Shown here: in pieces, positions 28,053 through 41,643 of the stretch
How positions within the stretch are numbered: the first letter of the stretch is position 1
Layout of the letters: each line of letters opens with the position of its first letter
Notes under the pieces: model-generated
The model's database searches: none
Seen by the model: only the letters and a program-made list of their open reading frames with translations
Told to the model about the DNA's origin: nothing
Program-made: the position numbers and the translations under genes
Assembly (NCBI GenBank): GCA_012295275.1
Contig: CM022671.1
Coordinates: forward strand, 7,998,001 to 8,062,000
DNA length: 64,000 bases
Direction: 5' to 3'
From: Chrysomallon squamiferum
Lineage: Eukaryota; Animalia; Mollusca

Positions 28053-29938
28053 TTGTATAGCTTATTACTTCATTGCTTATATATAAATATGATAATTACA
28101 TTATGATAAAAAAAAAAAAAAAAAAGAAGAAACTATCACATTTTTCAGTGAACTGATTACATTAAAATATTTTTATTAAGATATAAATTACTTGTTGAAT
28201 GTTACCTCAAGGTTAAAGTGGTTCTGTATAGTTAACTATATTGTGCCTTAATAATGCATTAACGTAATACATATATTTTACATTATAATTCTTATATTGA
28301 CGTTAATAATGACCAAAGCCAGATTTTTAAATAGCAGTTATGCATGGAGAATTGTTATCGTTTTGCGTTTTTAAATCAAAATATACCTCCTGTGACTACA
28401 AGTGCTACATAAATTTAATTTATTTTAAATTATGTGAACATTGAAAGAAAAAATTAATATTATATCTTCTTTGGTTTTCTTGTGATGTTCCGTCCAGATA
28501 AAAATGATGAAAAATATCAGAATGTTTCTTAAAAATATAATTTTTATTGTAGAATACATGAGTTATTACACAACTATCTAATTTTATATTCCATACATGA
28601 TCTGGGATAGGGGTCACGTAGTCTATATTTTCACTATCGATTTTTATATATCATTAATATATAATTTCACATATAGAAAACGCACGCGCACACACACACA
28701 CACACACACACATATTAAATATAATTATTATTTTTAAATAATTAAAATCACTTCATCTTCACAGTTATATACATCACACCGACAACACACCCTCTTCTGA
28801 ATTTCTTGATCTGCCCCCATAATTATCTTTTATTGTGAGACATTCATTCGCTCTTATCATCTTACCATCGGTCTGCCGTCAACACACATTGATTTCCTTT
28901 CAGAATTCGTCTAATTTACAGTCATCAGCCGCGGTTATAAATAGGGCGAAATTCCGTTTATATTACGAAGTAATTTTTACTGTGATTTAATGGAATCAAG
29001 CATTACGTGAAATTATTTCATAAACATTTATGTATACATATTCATATACATGTCATCAGAAAATAAAAGTCGTCATTAAAAAAAAAAAAAAAAAAAAAAT
29101 TTAGATCATACTGAAATGTATAAGTAGATTGTGATTTTTATTCTTTTACTGTCATGATTATTTTTTTAAAGTCATTCGCGATGATTGTACATATCATTAA
29201 ATTATCGAATAAATTTTTTATGAAATGGTTTTTTTATTTTCGGTTGTTTGTTTTGTTTGTTGTTGTTTTTTAAATGAAGAAGTCAAGGTTGTTCTCCTTT
29301 ATGTAATAAGGAGAATAATGTCGACGATAATAATAATAATAATACTACTGCGAATAATAATGATAATGATGATTATGACGGTGATTACGATGGTGATAAT
29401 GTTAAGTGATTATATGAAAATTATATGTTTTCAAATGGAAAAACAGCATAAAATCAAATAAAAATGGCCTTTTTATTTTAACATTAATACATATTTACTT
29501 CTTAATTTCAGACAAATATATATATATATATATTTTTTTTTTTGTAATAATTAATCCCCAGTGATATCAGAGCTAATATTAACAATTAAAACATACAGTT
29601 ACAAAGTCAGTGTAAAAATGAATCGGCTGAAGGAGAAGGCATTTACAATACTAGTCATATTCAGTGGCCTTTCTACCAGTACAATCAAATCATTAATAAA
29701 TATTTGTTTTATGACCTTCAGTTTGTTTTATTATTAACAATTATTGGGTTTTTATGGTTCACTCAAATTGCAGATATAGAAGACTGTTCTTGGTAATTGA
29801 CTGGTTCACGAACGCATATTATAATTATGAAGGAAGCCTAATTCATATTTTTTTTCATCAAATTAAAAGACACTGGAAACATGAAGCAGATTTTAAAGAT
29901 ATGTACGTGCGTATATATTTTCACTTTTTATTTTATTA

Positions 29939-29986
<48 letters not shown>

Positions 29987-31127
29987 ATGTATATTATTAA
30001 CATAATTATTATGAAATAATTATAGAATATAATTGCTGGTCCGCTGGTAGCTTCTCTCTGAAATGATTTCGCCTCCAGCAATACCTTTAGTATGCATTTT
30101 CAAACACAGAGTTAATAGTTACAAATTCTGTTTACAAAATTTTGAAATATATAAACTATTCTATTCTCTTTGCAAATCAAAATTAATTAAATTTGTTTGA
30201 TTATTGACTACCATAGTCACGATAGTGTTATTATTATAAATGTAAATATAAATCTATCTTTTTTTTCAAAAAGTTTATTCGATGGGGGTGGGGGATGTCG
30301 TAAAATAGTCAATATATTTATTAAATAAACTGTGGAGTGAAACCTTTTCATTATTTGTTAGAATTATTTCCCTTTACTAATTAAATAGATGGCGCATCTT
30401 TGTTATTTACAAAATTAGGTTCTAGAGGAACGTGAGTCAATCACTATTTTAGTAAATATTTTGCCGCCAGAATGATACTGATAATTAATACTTTGAATTT
30501 TGTTACATTTTATATCTAAAAGTATTTTCTGCCAGTCATTTATAATACTAATAGGTATGTTTTAAAGTGATAATCTTTTACCTATTTTATTTTTTAAAGT
30601 TCACTATTTTTCTCGAGAACTCTAGAGTTTGTAAATTTTTCTACGATGTTATTTTATTATTGATTAGTACTTGTATTAGTATTATTAAATATGAATTTAT
30701 CTTTTAAAATGTATTAACGATGTTAGTGAGAAACTGGGAATATAAACAATTTATGTTTAGACTTTGAAGTATGATTTTATTATAATTATTAAAGCTTGAC
30801 ATTTAGGGATCGGCCTGAACTCCGCCAGAAAGCTCATATCCACAGCCTATTTAAAATCAACGATTTGAAAACAATATTTATTGTATTAGAAATGATATCT
30901 GGACATTTTTTTTAGAATAGAATATCTTGACAGTTACTGAGTTGGTGATAAAAGGTGAACTACTGAGACCAGGCTCTACAATATAGATAAATTCAGGATT
31001 CTATTTTCTACTTTCTCTCTATTTTTCCCTGTATAAAAGTTAGCACAGACTAGGGAAATTAATAATTTAATTTGATTAATACCATTTGATTTATTATTAT
31101 TATATCTATTATTTATATGAATATGAA

Positions 31128-31161
<34 letters not shown>

Positions 31162-32716
31162 TTATTTCTTCTAAAGTCATCTTTGTTCAGACCAATTTCA
31201 AAATTTGCGATTATACAATTCTTTGTGGCAGGTTTATCCATAATGCCATGCTTTAATAATTATAATGTAACATAATGATACTTCATAGCCTAAACATAAA
31301 TCATATATTATATATTTCTAGTTTCTCATGAAACCATTAATACTCTCTAAAAGATCAATTCATATTTAATCATCATAAATAAAATAACAATCAAGTAATA
31401 AATATATTTTCAAATGTATGTAAAATGTCCATTTGTAGCTTTTTCATTTACTTGTTATAAATTATGTTTCCATTCTGAATTGGTTCCTATACCATTGGTA
31501 GTCATACAAATAATATTTTTATAAAATGTATTTCAGTCTATATTTCAAAAATAAATAAAGATATCGTGGTATGTCTTTCTGTTTGGCATTTATACACTTT
31601 TATGCTTATAACAGTGACAAAAAGACAGAAATCATTAATTACAGTTTTGATTGTTTATATAAGTTTAAACTGTACATAGATAGCCTTTTTTTCACAACTG
31701 TCATTGCTGATATTGCGTTTGTGTGTGTTACTATTTCATCTTGGATATTAGGCATAATCTGTGGAAGAAAAACAATGCAGTGTATATCAGTGAGAATTTT
31801 ATTTTTAGCATGAATAATAGATTGTTCTTGGTATTAGTGAAATATATTATGTGTTAGCAAAAAACAGTTGTCTGCCTATCACAGTGGCAGGTCACATTTA
31901 ACTTGTTTATAATTTAGATATCGCAAAACTTAATCACAAAAACTATTTATTATTGATTTTAACCACATGCAAACGGTTTACAGCTAATGCAAGTTGTATT
32001 AAAATGCATGTCTCTGGCAAATACGGACAAAAATGAATTTTTGTTCACAGCATTGGAGAATGAATATAAAAAGCATAATTACAGAGTTTTTACTGAAAAT
32101 ATATTACACAAATATTGATTTATTTATCATTTAACATGTTACTACTGAATAGTTGCAGATCATGTTCCATTTACGTGATTCAGATTCACAACTGACACAG
32201 CAGCTGCTGCATTGTCTGCTGATATATTCCAATGAAGTGTACAGTTAATTGTATTAAATATATAAAATACTGGATTTTATTTTTGATTTTATGAACATTT
32301 ATTTGATTTTTAAACCTACATTTAGCCTTCTTGAGTCAGTCAGATTTATACATGATTCTATACACACTAATGATAATGGTTTTAAATATTGCTTTGAGAA
32401 ATATAAAAATATCCAGATTTCTTAGACATTAAATGAAAGTAATGTATTTTTTATGAAGAGTATGGCAATTTAATAATTAAAAAAACAACTATATAATAGT
32501 ACTGAAGAGTGGTAAAAATTTTAAATAATAAATACTTTTTACTGAATAGTAGTAAAAAAAAAAGAAAAGAAAAAGAATGGAAGTAATAGTAATAATGCGC
32601 TAATAATTTTGACACATTTTAGCAAGTTAAATGGTTTTGTTTTCTAGTTTTACGTGAAGATCAGAATGAGAAGAAGACTGCTGTGATATGAAGGTGGTGA
32701 ATGCCAGGTTTAAGAG

Positions 32717-35700
32717 ATGAAATTTAACAATATCTGTCTCACACTCGCATACCTGCTGCAGCTTGTTACAGAGGTTGTATGGACAGAAGTCCCTACATGT
32801 AAGTACACTAAATAGTAAAAAAAATTTCTTCTAATTTAATTTTTATTTATTTAGTTACTCTATTATTACCATTTATTTATTTATTTAAATTTTTTTAAAG
32901 GCTTTTTAAACAGAAAAAAAAGAAATTATCAAAACTCCATCTGTATACTAATATTTGTTGATTCATATTTACTATTTGATGTATAATAATATTTATATCT
33001 ACCATGCTGTTGTTTCACATATGTTACAGAAATATGTTGAAAATAATAAATTTTAAGTGAATAAAATTAAAGCTATATAAGGCTAATAACGAATACTAAT
33101 ACTTTGTCATAATTTTAAAACACTTGTTTTAAACTGATAGTCATGGTTTACAGTATTAATAAGAAAGATAATAAAATTAAGAACTATAAATACAACTTGA
33201 CATTTATTTTTTTAGTTTAGTTCGTATATATCTGAACAGTGAAATAATACATGACTTTTGTAGCATACTGTGCATTTAGAAAAAAAAAAAAAAAAGAATA
33301 TTACACATGAGTTAATATTATGCAAGCTAAATTAAATAATTTTTGCATATACAGAACATTCATCAATTTGAATTTTGTCATTTAAACATTTTAAAGGAAT
33401 TTTTATTTTATGTTTTGAAAAAAAACAACTTTATGAGAAAATTTACTGCTTATTTTAAACTAATATTTCAGTTAATTAATTTTATATTTAATGTTTTAAC
33501 CACTTCATATTTTGATAACAGTAACTATAACTGTTCTTAAAAAAAAAATAATAACTTTATGTATTACTTTTCGCCCACCCACTTTCTCATTTCAGTTGGA
33601 ATGGATGACAAGAGGGTTTGTTTTGCCAAATCTGTGCACCACATTTTCGTGGAAGACAACAAAAGTTCTTTGATCATCGGAAAGAAGACTCCACCAAACA
33701 GTGCAGCAGCAGCCAAGAACTGTACAATACAGTTCAGTCCCCTGTCGGAGAAAGGTCTCTCCTACCTGAGACTGAAGTTTGACAACTTCTACATTAATGA
33801 CTGTGATATTAAACTGACTATTACACAGTCAGCCAACAGCATATTTGATAATGATGTTCAGCAGCTGGTTGGTTTTATTTCATTCAGTTTTAAATTGAAA
33901 TGTAGATCCAGGTATTAATAGATAAAGAAAAGATAACTCTAAATGAAGCATGATATGCTTAGATTATGTTTGATTTGTTTGAAGTAATTATAAATTCATT
34001 TACTGATCAAATTGTTACACTGTTTTATTTTAATGACCATATAAAATGTATTAAAACAAGCTATCAAAATAATTAAATGTATTGTAGAGTGTATTCATAT
34101 CAGTGTAATTTACATATGGTAAATGCTTTACATTTTTTAAATCTTAAATTAAACCATTATGTAATTTCCCATTCCAAATATTACTTCTTCTATTACAGAC
34201 TTTCCAAATACAAATTATAAAAGAATGTTTGCTTTTTGGCAGGACTGGCCCATTTTGTGACAATGATTGATTTCATTAGGATTGAGCATTTGTGCCATTA
34301 AATAATAAATGTCATATTTAATATCCTATAAAAAATTTAAAATTCTCAGGACTAGTAACTTGAAATTCAGTTGTATGTTGTATTCATAAAGTCAGTTTAT
34401 TTTTAATAAACCTATACACTCATTGGTACTACGTAGTAATATACATTTAACTGACAAATAAGGATGGCAGCCCTAACATTTGGCCTATTTATTTATTTAA
34501 TAAAACTGTCATGAAATGGTGTTAAATCATATTAAAAAGAGAAATGCTGTACAACAGTAATGTAATTGCAGGTAAAGCTGACATGCGAAGACCCAAGTCC
34601 TGATGTGCTGTATGCTTCACGAGACTACAGTGTTAGGATGACTTTGTCCAGAGATGACATTTACCTCAGAAACTACAACTTCAGAGTGAATGTCTCATTA
34701 TCAGGTAATCAACACTAATCTAGCTGCTTTAATTTTAACACTTCAGAATTAACACTTCTTATATATTTATTTTTTGTTATACAGTTTTTTTTTTTATGTC
34801 AGTACACCAAATTTGCATGTTAATTTAAAATGTGTTTATAAATAAACATTAACCTTGTGATTTAAACATTTAAAAATTAATGGGGTTTTTTTTCAATTAA
34901 TAATCCAAATTTGCATTTATTTTTTTAGTTAATAAATAACATTAGCATTGTAATTTTAAAATTTCAGTATTATACTATTTTTTTTTTTGCTTCAACATTT
35001 CAAATAAGCATTTTAATTTTTACAATTTTATAAATAAACATCTTTTTATAATTTTAAGATATTTTAATATTTTTGGTCTTTTTAACATAGCTTTTTTTTT
35101 TTTTTTGTGTATCATTTTATACTCCACTTTTTCCATTCCCTTAAATTACTTAAAGGTAATAATAATAATACAATAATACAGGTAAATAATCAAACATTAA
35201 CTCTTTTTTGAAAAAGTATATTGTTTGTTTGTCTGAAGATGGCCCTCCAGAAACAGGACCCAGCGTTGCTGTGATCATCGGCATTGCAGCAGCTCTGTTA
35301 ACCATCATCTGCATCATTGCTTTCATCATGGTGAAGTACATGATAATGAAGACTGCCATGCTGAGAGAGCGCAGAGCAGAACAGGCCATTGAGAGTGCTG
35401 TGCAGGAGCTACACAACGGTATAGCTTACACATCTTTACCCTGTCGTGGTGAAACCAATGGTGCATTGCATACTGGTTAGTTTTAAATGTTCTTTGTTTG
35501 TCTGCTGCTCTTGCTAATTATTTTCGTTTTTGTGGAGGTTTTTTTTTATTCAGAGTCCTTAGCATTGCTACGCATTTCCCTATAATAATGTCACAACATT
35601 TGGTATTAGATATTTTGCACTGTTTGATAGCGAATGCAATATTTTGCACTGTTTATTAGTGAATGGAATATTTTGCACTGTTTGGTAGTGAATGCAGTAT

Positions 35701-36474
35701 TTTGCATCATTTAGTACTGAATACAAAACTTTGCACAATTTAGTATGAATGCAAAATAGTATGCCAGTTAGTAGCAAATACATGATTTTGTGTTAATTTA
35801 TTGTGAAAGCAGAGTACTGCAACATTTAATAGTAAAATGTGCACCATAGCAGTGAATGCAGAATTTTACACAGCTTTGTTGTGAATGCAAAATACTGCAC
35901 TATTATTATCCACCTGGTTGTTAATTTGCATAAATAAAATGCAATTTTAAATTGTTTTCTTTCAGAAAAAAACCCCTTTTTTTCATGCTGACAAAAGCAA
36001 GAAAATCTCTCTTTTTATTTTATTTTTTATTTTTATTTTTTTTAAATTCTGTTAATTGTTCAGAAATATTTTTGTTGTTTTACATAGATTTTAGTCATTG
36101 CTTTAATATACTGTTCTGCTGATTCAGGTCAACACGACACTTCCCATGACTCCCATGAAAGTTCTTCGGATCACCAACATGAAGGTCATTCTGTTAGCAA
36201 AAAATCTCACGTGCCACATTTAGTTCCTGGCAGTGAACAGTCGTCCTCCCTGCAGCCAGTAGAAAACAGTCACGTTATGTTCGAACCATTAAACATCCGC
36301 TCACACGCACAACGTCATGCAAACCATTCTGAAAGAACAAATGACAATGCCGATGATGTAGGCTCATCGTCTGAGGGCTCTGACTTGCCCCCTTCGTACG
36401 AAGAAGCTTTGGAAATGCCAAAACCTGCAGAAAATGTGGAATCGCCTAACTACATGAATCTTAACATGCTGTGA
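32717..36474 (+). CDS. Type I membrane protein B: signal peptide, CUB-like ectodomain (4 Cys), TM, tail with PPSY and YMNL motifs (~356 aa). Coding exons 32717-32798, 33596-33867, 34572-34704, 35239-35475, 36128-36474
   Basis: MKFNNICLTLAYLLQLVTEVVWT ending T|gtaagt (phase 1). FGMDDKRVC...KNCTIQF...LRLKFDNFYINDCDIKLTI (phase 0), VKLTCEDPSP...YNFRVNVSLS (phase 1), TM VAVIIGIAAALLTIICIIAFIMV, terminal DLPPSYEEAL...SPNYMNLNML*. All junctions GT-AG and in frame. Confidence 0.85.
35610..35900. repeat. Degenerate ~29-bp minisatellite (TAGTGAATGCAATATTTTGCACTGTTT-like) in an intron of protein B
   Basis: Repeated GAATGCA..ATTTTGCAC units, decaying toward the 3' end. Confidence 0.85.
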
Positions 36475-39005
36475 TAGTGAAGTTACTGACCCAGTGTTGT
36501 TGAAATGACAAAGTACTGCATATATTTCATCTAACACATGTAAATTAGTAGCAGTTAAAAAAAAAAAAAATTGCAGTGATAGTAGATGTGGCGAAAATAC
36601 ATTGGATAACTAATATTCACAGAGATACTGCATGCACACAAAAACTAGATAAACGATTGTGTGTGAAAATTCTATCTCAGTTTATGATTTTTGAGATGTC
36701 TCAAAACCTGAAGGGAAACAAAGTATTTTATTGAACCAAATTACTTCAACATAAATAGATGTTCTTTTGTGTGTTACTGATATACATTGTGTGATACTGG
36801 CTTAGTTTAATCAAGAAAACATTATCTTCCTGTGGATATGATCTAAATTACTGCATGTTCAGTTCAACATGGTAGGTGTTTAAGCTTAGTCACCAACAGA
36901 TTTGTGGATGTGTTTTTTTTTTGTGTGTGTTTAATAACCAGTTGTTTGAGTAAAAATCAGCAATTTGATTTCTCTGCATACAGTGTATTGTGACAAGTAA
37001 TCTGAAACTTGATGCACAGGTTTAATTTTAAGAAGTTAAAAAAAAACATTTTTTTTTTTTTTTTTTTAGAGTATACTGATACAGGTCATCTCTCACATCA
37101 ATCTGAAATCCATGGGGTCAGATTTTAATTTAATATATTATGTATTATTCAGATATGTACCAAACCTGTACATAATTACAAAGTATTGTTGTATGTCAAA
37201 AAAAAAAAAAAAAAAAAAAAATTAAAAGAAGAAAAAACAAAAATAAATAAATAAATAGAAGAAATAAGTAAGCTTTTTCAAAGCTCATAAAAATAAATGG
37301 TTTATTCATAACTTAATCCATTCTAGCAATGCTCATTCATCAGATGTTCAGCATTTTTGTTTTTTGGCTGAAAATATATTTATTTAGTAGTTTTGTTGTA
37401 AAGAATCACATTAAAAGTGCTCATTGTTTTTTTTATACATCTAATAGTATTCAAACAATAATAAAAATATTTATATAATTATAATCTTTATTTTCAATTT
37501 TTATAATTAAAAAAAAATTATGATTTTTGATTTACCTGTAGACAAATATTTCATTATTTGAAGGTTTTATTTTAAGCATTTTTGAGTGTGTTTTAAGAAA
37601 ATGTATCTTTACTCATGCAGTTATCAGTTTTTAGTTATTGGATTGACATTTTTTAGGCTTCCAGTTAAATTCTTAAAGTCATAAACTGGAGTTGACACTT
37701 GTATGTTTTCAGTTAATTTTTAGCTTTGTTCTGTTTGTAATTTGCAATATGTGATCATTATTTTCTGTAATAGTGCATTTTCATCTTAAATAAGTTAACA
37801 AATTCTGTTTGAAAAATTGCCTTTGGTGTTTTTTTAAATTAATCTTTAATTTAATTAAGACTTATTATAAGTTTAACTGTGGAGCCATTTTCTGTGTTTC
37901 ACACAAAGTATCAAATTTGTTCTATTTCAATTTATATTTCAATCACTTTTATATTTATATATTTTGTTTCCTGTAAAAATATAATCTTTATCTTTATCGT
38001 GATTGTAATACAATTGTTGGAAATATCAAATGTAGAAAATGTAAGCATGTTATCTGATATAGTAAATATTGATGTTATTGGCTGTAGTGGCAAACTAAAT
38101 GGAACAGATTGTTACTGATTCCATTCAGTGCACTTAAACAGGATTTAAAATATCGAGAACCACATAAATACATTATTTAAGGAAGAAGGAAAAAGAAAAT
38201 GTATAGAACATTTATGTAATATAACTAACCCTTATTGACTGTGTGAAGTAAAAAATTAATTTTTACCTTTTTTTTTTTTTTTATATTTTTGAAATTTTTG
38301 AAATTTTGGTAAAGTGATTTAAACTGGAATAATATGTGTTTTCAGTAACACAAGGAGTTTTAATGTTTTAGAAGAAAAATATCTTTAAATATTTGGTTTT
38401 CACACATACATAAAATAAATTATGTGAAAATTATTTTTTGACCATCAGTTTTTAAGAATACAGAAGAACATTACAATTATCAGAAGCACTGATCAATAAA
38501 TTTATTATTATTAAAATAGGACAAAATTATTAATAAGACTGGGAAGTGCTTTCTAGAATGTAATTCCATTTAAGGTGCCTTCAACAAATGGAGGTGGGGC
38601 TATTACTGGAACCCTTCTAGATAAATAGTTAATAGAATTTGATAAATTGACTAGTTTTAGGTACGCAAACTGATTTAAGAACACTTACAAACTGATGACG
38701 TATAAATATGGATAATTAAATAACCTACTTCCATACAGCTTTAGAAGTTGTTTAAGAATGAATGCATTTATGTTTTGATATATTGCTTGTTAAAAAAAAA
38801 GTTATTATATAGATGTTATATATAGTGGTTTTTACTGCTTTTTATATTTGAAATATCTTTTTTTATATAAGTGGAATGTAAATAAGACGAAAGTATTTAT
38901 AATTTTGGGACAATCCCAGTGAAATTTCCTGTTTGATGTATCTTTTTATAACAAAAATTTCAAAAACCTATTTATTGAATATTTTTATTTATTTATTTAG
39001 TTTTT

Positions 39006-39165
39006 ATGGTCAGTAATATTCTACACACAGACAGTATATATAATTTATGGACAGTAATATTCTATACATAGACGACAAATAACATATGGACAGTAATTAT
39101 ACTATACATAGACAATAAATAATACCCTGATAATAGTGTACTGTACATAGATGATAAATAATGTA
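39006..39165. repeat. Degenerate ~38-40-bp tandem repeat (ATGGACAGTAATATTCTATACATAGAC...), ~4 copies
   Basis: Visible recurring ATGG(A/T)CAGTAAT..TACATAGA units. Confidence 0.8.
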
Positions 39166-41643
39166 TGCACACTCAAAAGGATATCATAAAGCATTTATAG
39201 TTATTTTATGACAATCTGATTTTTGTTCAAAGTAAAAATCGGAAAGATAATGCTTTTATTATTATCATTGGTTTTTTCTTCCTCTTTTTCCCAAAAACGT
39301 ATAATGTTTGTAAAGACAGCACTGAAATTATTAAATTTAAAATATTTGAAAAACAATTTTGTAACATTTTATACATATTAGAGATAATTGTGTGTGTGTG
39401 TGTGTGTGTGGGGGGGTGTTTGTGTGTTTCTCCTGATCACAGCCATTCACATTGATATTTAATTTGGAAATTTAAATTGGTAAAATGTTTTAGATGTTTT
39501 AAACTGGAGATGACTGCAGTAAGTGTTTTTGGTTAAGGAATTTGCTTTGCATTTTTAGTTATAATGTTGTTAATGTAAAATAATTATATTAAAAATTTAA
39601 CTAATTAAACTTATTGTGTGTATTTTCTAGTCACTTTAATTATGCATCAGTTTTACTAAGCGTTAATGCTTCAGTGTTATTTTGATTATTGTAGAATGAT
39701 ATTTATTTAAAAATATACGAAATTACTATCAAGTTTCATCATTATAATTTAATTTACATTTGTCTGCTTAAATTAGGTTTATCTGCAAAGTAGACAGTAA
39801 TAATTAAAACTGAATTAGTAAATAGGACTGATGTACACATATGGTATTTATATGCAAAAATTTAGTTGATAATTAATATTCCTGTATTTTAGACAGCCCT
39901 GATATGATTGAGGTTCAGACCAGATTTTGCGGAACTATTACAAATTAACAATACCACAACATTTTAATATCTTATATTTAAAATGAAACAATTTGTAAGT
40001 TTTACACAGAATAACATTTTCATAAAATTCACAAGAATAATGAAGATCTGCATAAAATGCTGTGTGTTGGGGCCTTAATTTGAATACATTTTTAAAATTT
40101 TAATTTTTATACTGTACATTGTAGAAGATGATTTACCAGTATTTGTGACAGAGAAATGTGTATCAGAATAAATATTACTGAAATGATATTGCACTGTAAT
40201 TTCACATTTCTGTGACTAATTATTTCTTTATTTTGAATTTTCATTTGTGTCTTTATGTTTAGTGCTGTACTGAATTACAAGCACATTATTTTTCATAAAT
40301 AAACTGAAATAATAATAAATTAATCGTTAGAGTTTTTCTTTTATCCAGTTTTGAGCGTGTGGGCTTTATATATATATTTGAAACTGTTACATTAACAACA
40401 ACAACAACAAACATTTTAAAATAATTTTAAAAGATTCTGAATCAATTTTCAGACTTTGAATTTTCAATTAACCATCCGAAATTAAGTAAATCGGAACACT
40501 ATATAGTAAGGGTGTGATTGTACTGAAAGAACAGTCCGAACATTGCTCTTATTAGTAAAAGTATTGTGGGAATACAATCGTATATTCCTTTTGTAATTAA
40601 GCGTTCATGGTTAACCACTTTAATTTATATTCATACGAACGACAACTCTTTCGTGCAACTAAAGGTGAAAGGAATCAAATTCGCAAAACAAATTATTTTT
40701 AATTTAGTACCAGCATATAGATGCAATAATAATAATAATAATAACAATAAATTCAGCAGAAACAATATTTATCTATTTATTTCATTATTTATAATAATTA
40801 TTACTTCCAGCTACAGTAGCGGTAGCATAAAAGTTTTTGTTAAAGTATCATGGAGTTATCTTTCTTGACTCAGAATCTGATTCTAATTTCCGGATTCGAT
40901 ATTTTAACTTTAGAGTAACTTTTGGTCACATTTGTCAGAGTAACTGTGTTATATAATGTCATTTGACGGAGTAGCACCAATATGTTTACTAAAGCTGTTT
41001 AATTTAGTGTGTTAACGGTATTAATCTATACACTGAAAGAATAAATTAGTACACATTTGCGCAATAACATTGAAATATGTTGTAATCTGGGTATCTTGAG
41101 TTTCAGTAAAATAGTTCCTTTAGCACCAGTGAGTATTAATTACAACAGTAACTATTACATAACATTCCGTGAAGCCTTTTTTTTTTTTTTTTTTTTTTAA
41201 ATGTAAAAAAAGTGATCTACCTTTAAGTTCCTCGTAATAAATTACATATCTAACTAATGTGTAGTTCATAAAAAAGTTATCACGTAATTCACTCTTTCAG
41301 GTCTTAATTATGACAGCTGCTTTGAGGAATTTCTTGTCAACAATTTTTGTTTCAGTTTTGCTTTTGCCAGTATCAACTGAAAGTGCAAGTATTGAAAACA
41401 AAGGTTTGTAATATTGTTTATGTACACACACACAAAATGTATGATATGTATTCTGTGTTTGTGTGTACTTTTCATTATGTAATTGTAATGGCAATTAAAA
41501 TTAGGTTTATAATTATCATATTTATGGTTAAAAAAATGCAACTTAAAGTGAATATTTAAAACAAACTGAATTAGAAATGAAAATTAATGTCAGCACATAG
41601 AAAGAGAAAATGTTTAATTACTACATCATTCTTTTACTTTCAG

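Noticed and set aside
27759-28106. Poly-Ile 'membrane protein' ORF, and similar ERERE/HTHT/VCVC ORFs elsewhere
   Set aside because: These are translations of microsatellites, not genes.
39893-39994. Exon-like segment (TTTTTAG...ATGAAACAATTT|GTAAGT) as first coding exon for the 41644 exon
   Set aside because: MKQF ends in phase 0 while the 41644 exon needs phase 1, and the other frames are closed.
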